A DNA stretch of 59,597 nt, the filler included, from Basidiobolus ranarum (lineage: Eukaryota): NCBI GenBank assembly GCA_040143965.1. It is 11 parts of 11 records of this genome, joined end to end, with 100 filler letters (N's around TTAATTAATTAA, not from the genome) between each part and the next. Parts side by side here need not be neighbours in the genome. Positions count along the whole stretch, not along the records: positions 32,609 to 37,934 come from JASJQH010001632.1; positions 38,035 to 43,355 come from JASJQH010001633.1; positions 43,456 to 48,775 come from JASJQH010001634.1; 8 more parts are not named here. The stretch is one strand, 5' to 3'. Position 1 is the first letter of the stretch, and each line of letters starts with the position of its first letter. A program made the position numbers and the translations under genes. Shown one piece after another: positions 36,130 to 46,735 of the stretch. The notes under the pieces are model-generated. The model was not told the origin of the DNA. It worked only from the letters and a program-made list of their open reading frames with translations, and ran no database searches.

Positions 36130-37934
36130 ATGGCAGCACCAGACAAAGATATCAAGGAATCGCGGAAGGATGGTTCTATTCATTTGATACACCACAGTAG
36201 AACTCTAGAGAGCAGCAATTCCTTCTTACAGACTGATGCAATCAAAAATATATGGGCGCCGTTTACTTCACTATTTTCCAATTCTCAGATCAACATGATG
36301 CTTATGGCCTGGCTCCCATTCAAGATGGAGAAATACTTCTCTACTGGCATAATGACTGTGGATATGTTTATAATTTCTGCTCTTGCTGCTGGTATTGTTG
36401 CGCTATTCAATTTCTTGGGATATTTTGCAATATCGGCGTCCAAATATCAGCCAAAGAGTCAGACCGAGTCGATCATTGTACAGGTAGAGCCAAAGTTCAT
36501 TGGACTCTACGACGAACTAGAACACAACGAGCATCATAAAGCCCTATCCTGGATGATATCGGAGAAAAGTAAATATTTACCTAAAGGGCTATTCTTAATG
36601 GTGCCCGAAGTTGACCGTTTCGCAAAGCACAACGAAGATGAAGACATAAGGATTCCACTCTTCAATGTCTTACCCCAAGATAATGAGACACTCTATATGC
36701 GACATAAAAACGATGTATATAAAGTGTACTTTAAGGAAGCCTCAGATAATGATTATCAACAACCTACTGATGAAGAAGAAAATGAAGAGAGTACCAACTC
36801 ATCTAGTAATAAGCGTAAAAGGAATATTAGAGTGTTGCCATCAATCATGGTGGAGCTCTGTTACGAATTTTCAACCGATTCGAAGATTAAAATACCACCT
36901 CGGACAGCTATGAGTGACAAACGAATTCAGACTCCAGATGATGGAAATACTGACATGAATAAGGTTTTAGATTTTATTATGACAACCACAATAGAGTACC
37001 TTATGGTCCAGAAAAATGAACAAGTCCGGTCACGGTATGAGCGGGGGTCCTGCGGATGGAATGCAGTACAAACTCTGATACTATCTCGAGGACTGGATGC
37101 TGTAAGTCTGGAAAAAAGAAACGAAGACTTGCTGAAGTTGGATCTCGAGGTATTCTTAAACGACAAGGAGTTTTATCAGCAGCTTGGTCTTCCATATCGT
37201 CGTGGCATTCTTCTGTATGGAAAACCTGGAACCGGGAAGACATCACTTGTGAATGCAATTGCAAGTGCATTAAACCGTGATCTCTACATGATTAACCTGA
37301 AGGAAATAGACAGTGATGCTTCATTGAACGCCACCTTCAACTCTATCCCCCCTAATCAGATCATTGTTGTAGAGGATTGTGACACTCAAAGCAGAGTATT
37401 GCATCCACGTAAGCAAACCACTGCCGCCGAGCCATCCGATAGAAATATTTTCTCGGAGGGATTTGGGACATTATGCAAAAATGGCGGTATTGACGGGACA
37501 TTTTCTTTAGCGACCTTTCTTGCCAATCTTGATGGCCATTGCCTTGCTCCGGGGAATATCATTATTTTAACAACCAATCATCCCGAAATGCTTGATCCAG
37601 CCATTGTACGACCTGGTCGAATGGATTTGAAAATGGAGATGGGCTACTGCTCACATTACCAAATTCAAAAGATGTACTCTTCAGTGATGAGAAATACCGA
37701 GGCGAAGCTTGAGCAGGCATTTTTGGATGAGTGTGTTCCTGAAGGGCTGCTTCCCCCTTGTGAGGTGATGACCTGTTTTGTACTGTATCGCCGTACCCAC
37801 TCCACCATACCAGAGAAGTTAAGCCAATTGGTCAGTAAATTCCAAAATGCCGATGCCCTTAGAGAAGAAAAGTTACGTTCCTCAGATGTATTACCGAGGA
37901 ATACTGATTCCACAATACCGATAATGGATTCAGG
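36130..37934 (+). CDS. BCS1-like AAA+ ATPase with N-terminal hydrophobic segment; 3' end cut by contig end
   Basis: FYQQLGLPYRRGILLYGKPGTGKTS (Walker A), IIVVEDCD (Walker B), TTNHPEMLDPAIVRPGRMD (SRH); uninterrupted ~600-codon ORF. Confidence 0.92.
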
Positions 37935-38034
37935 NNNNNNNNNNNNNNNNNNNNNNNNNNNNNNNNNNNNNNNNNNNNTTAATTAATTAANNNNNNNNNN
38001 NNNNNNNNNNNNNNNNNNNNNNNNNNNNNNNNNN

Positions 38035-38524
38035 TCTATTTGCAAAGTTTGAGGTTCTATTCAAAATTTCAGGTGTTCAGCAATTTTTCCACCATTAGTT
38101 TGCTGGTATATTAAATTGATGTTGTTGAGTTATGTCTGATCAGTCAAGTATGTGCATATTTAGAGATTAAACACAACAAGATTCTTGTATTTTTTGACTC
38201 TCATTATGGCTGAAATACAAAGCCTAAAATGTCCAAATAAAGGCATGCATATTAATTCAAATTCCTATGGCAGTAAACCCAGTAATTTGCCATTTGAAAA
38301 TAGATTTTTGCAAAATTTGCTGGAAATTAAATAATGCACGCCAAATATGAGGATCAATGTTTTAACATGTATGAAGACCATCAAAATACCATCAAGAAGC
38401 CACTGTCTCACCATTGAAATCCCTGGCAGAATGCAAGCCACCAATATTGTGATGGTCTCTGACAGTTTTGTGATCCAGAAGGGTGGATCCGATCCAGATC
38501 AAATTTATTTTATTTTTGTTAGGG
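38035..38524. repeat. Dispersed repeat family C with shared TTAGGG terminus
   Basis: Collinear with 27260-27739. Confidence 0.8.
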
Positions 38525-39457
38525 ATATTTTATACCCCATAGATCATGCACTATCCTCTATCATGATTTATAATAATATATGTTATCATAATCTTTGAGG
38601 TAAATTCCTCTTGAGAATAATGAGTGATATCTTAGTGAAATAAGGAATAGCTTAATGCTAAGCTATAAGTGAATATATAGATGTTTAGGTTAGGTCAATT
38701 TCAACAGAATAATCTAATGCATATATAAGAATAAATGAATATGCTTTTAAAATATTCCTATATTCCATTTGACTCAAGTTCAATAGCTCTCAAATTCAAG
38801 AGAGCAGTAATATCACATTTATTTTATGGGGTGTAGTAGTTATCATTAAATGATGCAACTTGTAATAGATAGCTGTATCCTTTATGTGAAAAAAGCACTA
38901 ATCGTTATGTTGAAGCATGGAAAGATATTTATAGGTGTTTGACACTATTGGAGCAGTTTAAGATATATTGCTGTTGCGGTTAATTTTTAATTATAGCATA
39001 TTTTGCTAGAAGTCAGGTTTTTACTAATAAACTTAGAAATGTAGTAGCAACACACCAAGTTCTGTTGTAGCGTGTTAAGTTGAAGAAAACTCTAAGAAAT
39101 TGTTGCACTAGTCTGGAATCTTCACCCACTGGCAACATATATTAATTATATCCAAACCTGACGTTGTACTTTAGCGTATCGTCTACACAAATAAATAAAA
39201 ATCGTTTTGGGCCTTGTATAGGAAAATTAGGCATATCACTGTAATGTTTCAATAATATTGAGTAAGCTGAAATATATACAGGAATATAAACACTGGCTGC
39301 TCAGTAGTTACAGTACCTTACTAGAGTCGGAAGCTCTCGCCTAATATTATGGATGAATAAATGAACGCAGGTACCAGATTTCATATCTATTTGCTTGACA
39401 ATTTATTTAACAAAATTACATATCTCAAGAGTTTACAGATCGTCTCAATATCGACAC

Positions 39458-40921
39458 TTAACCGCGACTAGAGAACATAACACCAGTACCTTCTAGGCAA
39501 GAAGCAATCTTACGAATGGCATTGGCAATTGCGGCTGTGCGGTAATCGATGTTACCAAATTCATTGGCGGTCACTCGAGTCTCTTCACAAGCCTTGATCA
39601 TGGTGTCCTCCAATCCGGAGTAAACCAACTCATGCTCCTCGGCACCATGAATCACTGTTTGACGTTCACCATCAGAGAGTTTACGGCCGGCTTGCTCCTC
39701 TACAAGAGCAAGGAGACGCTCTTTTCCTTGTTCTTCCCACTTTCTGTTCATGCGTCCAAAGCGAACATGGGACACATTCTTCAGCCACTCAAAGTAGGAT
39801 ACACATACACCACCAGCATTGGCAAGTAGATCCGGAACAACCACCACTCCCTTCTGCACAAGAATCTCATGAGCGGCAGGTGTAATGGGTCCATTGGCTC
39901 CCTCATTGATGATCTTGGCTTTGATGTTGTGCACATTCTTGAGTCCGATTTGACGCTCGAGTGCTGATGGCACCAGAATATCACATTCTACCTCCAACGC
40001 TTTTGTGGATCCGGCCACAACTTCACCGTCAGGGTACCCTTCGAGACTACCATGTTCCGCCTTGTACTCTCCGAGCTTCTCAATATCCAGACCATTCTGA
40101 TTGAGGACACTGAATCTGCTGTCAGCAACGGCAACAACCTTGGCGCCATTGGCGACAAAGAATTTGGCCGCATAGAAAGCAACATTGCCGAACCCTTGGA
40201 GTGAAACGGTCTTTCCTTCAATCTCACCTGTGAGGCCGGTGACCTTTTGAACATCCTCATATTTCAAGAACTCACGAGTGCTATAGTACACTCCGAGTCC
40301 AGTAGCCTCAGTACGACCACGGACTCCTCCTTGGTTGATGGGCTTGCCAGTGATACACCCGGCAGCATTGATATCGGTGGGGTTGAGTTGACGATATGTA
40401 TCCATCATCCAAGTCATCTCACGACCACCAGTGTTCACATCAGGAGCGGGAACGTCCACGCCAGGCCCGAGGAAGTTCTTTTGGCAAAGCTCAAGAGCGA
40501 AGCGACGTGTGATACGCTCCAACTCTCCAACAGTATACTTTCTGGGGTTGATGGCTACTCCTCCCTTGGCTCCACCGAAAGGTACATCAACCACAGCACA
40601 CTTGTATGTCATGAGGGAAGCCAAAGCCTCAACCTCCTGCATGTCAACATCCTCAGCATATCTGATACCTCCCTTCACTGGCAACTTGTGACGAGAGTGT
40701 TCAGCACGGTAGGCACGGACAATCTCGGTCTCGCCATCCTCGCGCTCAATGGGGAAGGTAACACTGAGGATAGCATCTACTCCTCTGATGGTGTTAACCA
40801 TTGACTTCTTGACTCCACTTGCTTTTGCGGCAATATCGAAGAATTCCTCAACACATTGAAGGAAGTTAGGCTCGTGAGCTTCGCAAGCAGCGTTTTCGTT
40901 TCCGTGGTATTTTGTAGACAT
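39458..40921 (-). CDS. GDH: NAD(P)-dependent glutamate dehydrogenase, GLUD1-type, 487 aa, intronless
   Basis: HSRHKLPVKGGIRY, MTYKCAVVDVPFGGAKGG, DVPAPD, GRTEATG, QGFGNV, EGANGP, PDLLANAGGVCVSYFEWLKN. Confidence 0.97.
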   Translation of the reverse strand: MSTKYHGNENAACEAHEPNFLQCVEEFFDIAAKASGVKKSMVNTIRGVDAILSVTFPIEREDGETEIVRAYRAEHSRHKLPVKGGIRYAEDVDMQEVEALASLMTYKCAVVDVPFGGAKGGVAINPRKYTVGELERITRRFALELCQKNFLGPGVDVPAPDVNTGGREMTWMMDTYRQLNPTDINAAGCITGKPINQGGVRGRTEATGLGVYYSTREFLKYEDVQKVTGLTGEIEGKTVSLQGFGNVAFYAAKFFVANGAKVVAVADSRFSVLNQNGLDIEKLGEYKAEHGSLEGYPDGEVVAGSTKALEVECDILVPSALERQIGLKNVHNIKAKIINEGANGPITPAAHEILVQKGVVVVPDLLANAGGVCVSYFEWLKNVSHVRFGRMNRKWEEQGKERLLALVEEQAGRKLSDGERQTVIHGAEEHELVYSGLEDTMIKACEETRVTANEFGNIDYRTAAIANAIRKIASCLEGTGVMFSSRG

Positions 40922-43264
40922 TGTAAAAGGTATAAAGTGATTACTTTAAGTTGCTGATTTTTTAATCCTAAGATGAATGTAATTTATACTTTGCCGAAGT
41001 GGATTGTTCTCTGATTGTAGATGATTATCAAACTGATTTTTTTTATTACGTTTTCTTCCGAATCCTGGCGTGCCTCCATTCTGGTGAAATAAATCGGGAT
41101 GGAGACTGTCATATGGGAGTGAGGTGTAACATTCATTGTGTTTTCATTAGATATTTTTGTATTTTTCAGGATGCTCGATACTTCCCATTCATTAGATGGT
41201 TGTAGTGAATATGGAAGGTTATCATCATTTTTAGCCTAATAAAGATGCCTGCAGTCACAAGTGCTTAGTCCATATGAACGTTAAATATATGATCGTTGGG
41301 TTGTGTGACGAGTACAAACACAGGTCCTTAGCAATTGACGACTTTTTCGAGTTTGAGTAAACTTAGGGCATAGATTACATTTTTAACTCTTATCAAAAGA
41401 GATCGAAATCAAATGACTATAAATTAAGAACATGATGTATTTTATGATACATGGCTTAATCAGGGCATCTATGGATAACCAGACCGCTGATGAAAATATT
41501 CTCTTGGGTATTGGTTTAGTGGATCTAATTGGCTAGTGGACTCCCATGACTTAATTATGAACAGCTACACAAAGGAGGGCGTATGAAGGCTGAAATACAT
41601 AAATCAATGTACGAAGTCTTGTGGAAGTAATGATTGCCTTGGGTAATATAATGGGTTTTGGGCTTCGATGAAGTTCATGATGATGGAATCTGAATATTTA
41701 GTGTTGTATAGATACTGAGTAAAGATCTGCACCGCCAGCATTGTCCTATTTCTCATACAAAGAATGGCCCCGTTATATTCCGCCGTGATCCTTACTTTAT
41801 TATTTTTCGGGTAACGGCTGGGGATTGTTACACGGTTTGCAGTGCTTATCTATACGTTTAATATTATAAAATGTACTCGATTCTCGTTAAAGAAAATAAT
41901 TTCTTAGTGTCGTGTTCATAAATGGGAAAGGTGATAAGGGTATACTCGGAACCGTAATAACAATCACAGTGCCAAGTCAATTTCACTAATTTTCGATTTG
42001 GCTAAATACAGATAAAATCGGTTGCTCCTCAGACTCGGAACTTGAAGACAAGTAGATATCGAGTGGCCGAAAGAAAAAAGGGGGGTCGTTGGGTAAATTT
42101 TCGGATAATAGTCAAAAAACCTTAAAAATGGCCAAAAATCGATAAAGGTCGAATTACTCATGAATTAATAATGCTGTACTATAGCGCGTTTGCATGGAGG
42201 TGCGTAATATAATGGTTCATCTAACAGTCAAAAAATGTTGGGGGTTCAGAAAGTACATTCTCGAATAATCCTCGAAAATCCGCTGAAAATGTCGATTTCT
42301 CGTAGCCATAAGTAATTCCCGAATTTCGGGACACTGCTTTGACGAGTCAATAACAATCCCTTGATGAATTGGGAATTGAATTACTTGGCTCTGGTATAAT
42401 GGAATCAGAGGAATACCACGCAGTGAATGCTGGATAAAAATCAGTTAAATATCGATATCTCATTCCCACTGTAATATTCACTAGCAAGAGCGATCGCATC
42501 AATTTCCAATTATGTAGGAAGAAAAAAACCCGAAGCTCATCTGACTGGCAATAGGATATGAATCGCCATGTTTACCGTTTCCATCAGGTTACCAAAATCA
42601 GAAGGTGAATATCTGAGCATGAAGTTCAATGAAGAAAAACTCCACTACTTCAATTAGTACGTCAAGATGACAGCATGATGCAACTATCACCAATAATCTG
42701 CGACTGTATCGAGATAGGCTTAATCGCGAAGGCCATGACATGTGAATATATCTTATCAAGATCCCATTCCATTTTACCTCTGTGAGTAGGGACCCGTATT
42801 TCCCCGCAATGATTAGGTCGATAAGATATAATTCAAATCGAAACCTTGTGATTTTAGTTGACATAGAAACAAGGGTTAGGGTCAGTGGCACCCAAATTAG
42901 GAATATGAATCGAAGTTGCCCATTATTTTGGTAGTTAAAGCTGTTTGGCCACCAAATCCACGTGAGTATTCAGTTAATGTAATACCTAGGATTTTATATC
43001 CCTTCAATCATAATTCAATTTTGATGGAGCTATTTAAGAGCTTAGGGCTAAGCCTTGATCTCAACATCTAATCAGTTCACGCGACCTTTAATCTGATCAC
43101 ACTAATGTCGGAGTCACTGTTGCACAAACAGGGAATCGATTGCTCACCAGAAACAAGAAAGTAATGGACATGTGACGAACGATGAGAAGATAAAGAACAA
43201 TCCAAAATCATATATAACTAGTGCCAAGATTACCATTTGTAGCCATACTTCAATAAATAATACT

Positions 43265-43355
43265 ATGAAATACCAGGGAAATGAAAATGCCGCTTGCGAG
43301 GCTTACGAGCCTAACTTCCTTCAATGTGTTGAGGAATTCTTCGATATTGCCGCAA
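43265..43355 (+). CDS. GDH: 5' end of a second, divergently oriented GDH paralog (truncated by contig end)
   Basis: MKYQGNENAACEAYEPNFLQCVEEFFDIAA vs MSTKYHGNENAACEAHEPNFLQCVEEFFDIAA; the last ~50 nt are identical to the reverse complement of the first copy. Confidence 0.88.
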
Positions 43356-43554
43356 NNNNNNNNNNNNNNNNNNNNNNNNNNNNNNNNNNNNNNNNNNNNT
43401 TAATTAATTAANNNNNNNNNNNNNNNNNNNNNNNNNNNNNNNNNNNNNNNNNNNNATTTTTTGCATTATTAACTTCTAAAAATCGTAAATGTAGATAGAA
43501 TGAACAAGCTAAATTGGTAATAAATAAATTATTATTTGTGGAAATCAAATTATC

Positions 43555-44367
43555 ATGGACGTATCACACTTTGGTAACTCTGCCTCACAGTTTTCTCTCA
43601 AAGATGAACTGGCATTAAGAATAAATATTTCTGACGTTGATTGCATTAAAGATATTATAGGAATAACCGACGATGTCATAGATGATACTTCGTTTGAAAA
43701 ATTTTACTTACCTGGGTTTAACAAAGGAGAAATTATGACATTTGTCCCAACCAAACACCCAGAACTATTTAGTAGCCAAAAAAAATTTTTAAATAAACTT
43801 CGCATTGTCATGGTAAATAACGATATAACTAGTGTTGGCATAAATTTCGAAAAATATATAGACGAATTCGTATCTTTCCTATATAGCGAAATGGAATTTG
43901 ACGATGGAGAAGAACTTACTATGCAACCATGTCATCTCAGAATGGAAATTGGAGAAACAACGTTCGCCGCCTATGCCGACCGAGAAGGCAGACGCGGAAC
44001 CGAAATCGTATGGATCTTGAACGAAGACAAACACAGAGGATCTACAAGATATAAAAAGGGAGAGGTCCAAATGGTAGCGTGTATGATTGCTGCCATGCAA
44101 TGGAATTATAGCATATCAGAAGATGCATGCCCTAAAAAAATTATAGGTATTCGAGTTATTGGTGATAAATTTTGCTTTTATTCTGCAAATGTGTCAACAT
44201 CGTACTTAGAGGATCTTCGAAAAGGTCTCCCTAAAAGAAATCTTACTGTAAAAAAATATCCATCGGGTGATGGGTTGGAAATATCAAGTGAATCTGACCG
44301 CAAGAAAATATTGGAGTGTTTATATCTACTTAAGAAGTATGCAATAACAATTGTTCCCGTTTATTAA
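43555..44367 (+). CDS. Putative PD-(D/E)xK restriction-endonuclease-fold protein, 270 aa
   Basis: A.AD...(W)ILNEDK...GEVQMVACMIAAMQ.N...IIGIRVIG..FCFY...YL..L..G.P...GL....DR..IL.CL. This pattern resembles a fungal/giant-virus REase-like family (Crinkler-type effector domain). Confidence 0.6.
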   Translation: MDVSHFGNSASQFSLKDELALRINISDVDCIKDIIGITDDVIDDTSFEKFYLPGFNKGEIMTFVPTKHPELFSSQKKFLNKLRIVMVNNDITSVGINFEKYIDEFVSFLYSEMEFDDGEELTMQPCHLRMEIGETTFAAYADREGRRGTEIVWILNEDKHRGSTRYKKGEVQMVACMIAAMQWNYSISEDACPKKIIGIRVIGDKFCFYSANVSTSYLEDLRKGLPKRNLTVKKYPSGDGLEISSESDRKKILECLYLLKKYAITIVPVY

Positions 44368-44399
44368 TATTATAAACATCGTAAACACAAACAATCACA

Positions 44400-44800
44400 T
44401 CTAATCTAGCTAATTCGAATTCTAAAACTCCTGGAAATATTTTTTTAAAACTTTTTTTATTCCAAAAGTTAAAATCAAGTTAAATTTTAGTTATCACAAT
44501 TGGGTTGTTTCACATTTAATAGTTTAAGTTTCCAAACCATCTGAAAAAACTTTTTTATCAAAAGTTAAAGTTGTGCCATCACCTTAACCATAATTGTTGA
44601 AACTAGGTTATGTCCCATTTAATAAATTAAAATTCCCAAATTCTTGGAGAAAGCTTTTTGCTAAAAAAAATATTTCCAGGAGTTAAATTCCAAGTTTACA
44701 TCATAGTTATTGTGATTGGGTTGACTCATATTTCAGATTTTAATTTTCCGATTTTTTTTACTCATGATATTATTTTCTGTCACAAAATAATTTAAAAATT
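44400..44800. repeat. AT-rich degenerate repeat array including a perfect 21-bp inverted repeat (44426-44446 / 44664-44684)
   Basis: AACTCCTGGAAATATTTTTTT / AAAAAAATATTTCCAGGAGTT; recurring AAAACTTTTTT...AAAAGTTAAA...AGTTAT..CAAT modules. Confidence 0.75.
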
Positions 44801-45024
44801 TTGGTTTTCTATACGTTACACATTTTATAAACTAATATAAGATTAAAAATTTTAATTTTCTGGACAAACCAATCTAAAATCAAAATTTTTTACGGATTGG
44901 CTTTTTAAAAGATGTTAATTTTTGGCTTGTTATATATAATAAATATATTATTTTAAAAGTGTCGTAATTATCAAATAAATATTTAAATGATGTAAATGCT
45001 TGTAATTTTAGTTACTTAATTATT

Positions 45025-45663
45025 TTAATACACAAGAAGTGTTATGCCAATAATAAATATTAAATTATAAAAATTAATAAATTTAGAATTGGCCATTGAA
45101 ATTTGTGGAGGATTTTTATTTGGGGTAGGAGTTGAATTAGTTTCATAAATGTGAGTGGGGGTAGCAATAAATGTAGTAACAGAACCATTAAGTGATGTTG
45201 GGGTATTATTAACTCCTGCATCAGGGGACAAATTTACCTCTATATATCCAATGGAATACCCGGTATTATTAGAATTTATAACAATAAGATTAACTGATAT
45301 TTTTAGTTGGGTGCACCGATTACATATATTAATCGATGATATGCCAGACCCCCTTAGATTATTTGCTATTGTCAGTACATTTGTTAGATGGATAAACTGC
45401 TTGGTTGAACATTCATATTTTGCAAAAGCAAAGGCTGTTTTACCAGACATTGCCTTTAATAAATTTTCCTTGCAATAACCAGTTGAAAAATCCCACGTAA
45501 TCGTAATTGGGCTATTAGGATTTACCAAAATGTCTTTCTGGGGATAAGATACACATGTAGATAAATCCATATATGTATCAACCATTCTGGATACAGTACA
45601 CGTTTGCCCAAAAATGGTTTGAATTAGACAAAAAGCAAACATAATTAAGATACAGTTTTTCAT
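45025..45663 (-). CDS. Secreted/membrane-anchored Cys-containing glycoprotein, 212 aa
   Basis: N-terminal signal peptide (MKNCILIMFAFCLIQTIFG), Cys-containing ectodomain, Thr/Pro/Asn stalk, C-terminal hydrophobic tail (FYNLIFIIGITLLVY); intronless. Confidence 0.75.
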   Translation of the reverse strand: MKNCILIMFAFCLIQTIFGQTCTVSRMVDTYMDLSTCVSYPQKDILVNPNSPITITWDFSTGYCKENLLKAMSGKTAFAFAKYECSTKQFIHLTNVLTIANNLRGSGISSINICNRCTQLKISVNLIVINSNNTGYSIGYIEVNLSPDAGVNNTPTSLNGSVTTFIATPTHIYETNSTPTPNKNPPQISMANSKFINFYNLIFIIGITLLVY

Positions 45664-45719
45664 TGTTATACTATATATTGTATTTTTATAATAAATATAT
45701 TACAAAGTTTGATTCAACA

Positions 45720-46700
45720 AAATTTTTTTCCAGATAAAATTAATTTGGTTTGGAGACTTTTGGTAATAATTTAGAGTATTAAATTTTTGTTCATGATGAT
45801 AATAATTAAGGTGAACAAAATTTAATTAGAAAACTTTTTCAGGTTAACGACTTTTAGGTTTATTCAAACCATTTTAAAATTATTTTGTTAATTTGGTTTC
45901 AAGAAGTAAAACTTTAAGTTAACATAGATACTATCATAATTAATAATTTAAAATTCCCAAACCCTCCGAGAAACTTTTTTTAATAATCTGGTTCCCAGAA
46001 GTTAAATTTTAAGTTGACATATAGTTATCGCAATTATATTAACCCATAATTAATATTTCAAGTTTCAAACTCTCCAAATCCAAACTCTTTTAAAATTATT
46101 TTGTTAATTTGGTTTCCAAGAGGTTAAATGCCAATACCTAGTTATTGTAGTTACATTATGTTTAATAATATTTAATACGTTTCTAATAAAATATTTTTTA
46201 AAATTTTATTTCCAAAAAGTTTAAATGTTGTTATTAATAGTTATCACAACTAGTAGTTAGATAAGATTTTGGATGCATTTCGACAAAAATATTTTTTAAA
46301 ATTTTATTTCCCAAAAGTTTAAACGTTGATACCGTTAATTATTGGAACAATGGTTTGGATAATAAAGTTTTAATATGTTCCGAGAAAAATCTTTTTTTAA
46401 ATTTGTACCGAATTTAATTTTATTCCAAGAGGGTTAAACTATTGTTAACCTGATTATTGCAACTAAATTGTGCCACATTTTATTTTTAAGTTTCCCAAAC
46501 TCTCAAAAAAGTTTTTTTAATTATTTTTTTTCTAAAATTTAAATCAAATGCCAAACCCAATCGGAAATATAATTGTTGAAAATAAGTTACGTTTTGTTTC
46601 AAAATTTCAGCGTTAATTTGTAAATATATTATAATTAAGACGTTTTAAAAAATTTATTTTACCAAAAAGTTAATTCTGAATGTCAACATATAGTATATTA
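45720..46700. repeat. Intergenic array of degenerate ~95-110-bp AT-rich units
   Basis: Recurring TTTTAAAATT(A)TT..TT...TTCC(A)AG/AAAGTT(T)AAA...AGTTAT..CAA module. TTTTAAAATTATTTTGTTAATTTGGTTTC is exact at ~45872 and ~46088; AAAATATTTTTTAAAATTTTATTTCC is exact at ~46188 and ~46286. Confidence 0.8.
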
Positions 46701-46735
46701 TAATTTATTGCTGTTACTATTAAATGTTATTAATA

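Noticed and set aside
40247-40804. 185-aa antisense ORF (and other short ORFs) overlapping GDH
   Set aside because: Shadow frames caused by codon bias of a conserved gene; no recognisable domain.
43172-43264. N-terminal extension of the second GDH from a GTG start
   Set aside because: Non-ATG start in a eukaryote; homology starts at ATG 43265, and the extension covers a TATA-like element (TATATAA at ~43211).
44400-46700. AT-rich repeats as a CRISPR array
   Set aside because: Units are degenerate and variable, without identical direct repeats and unique spacers; no cas genes; eukaryotic context.
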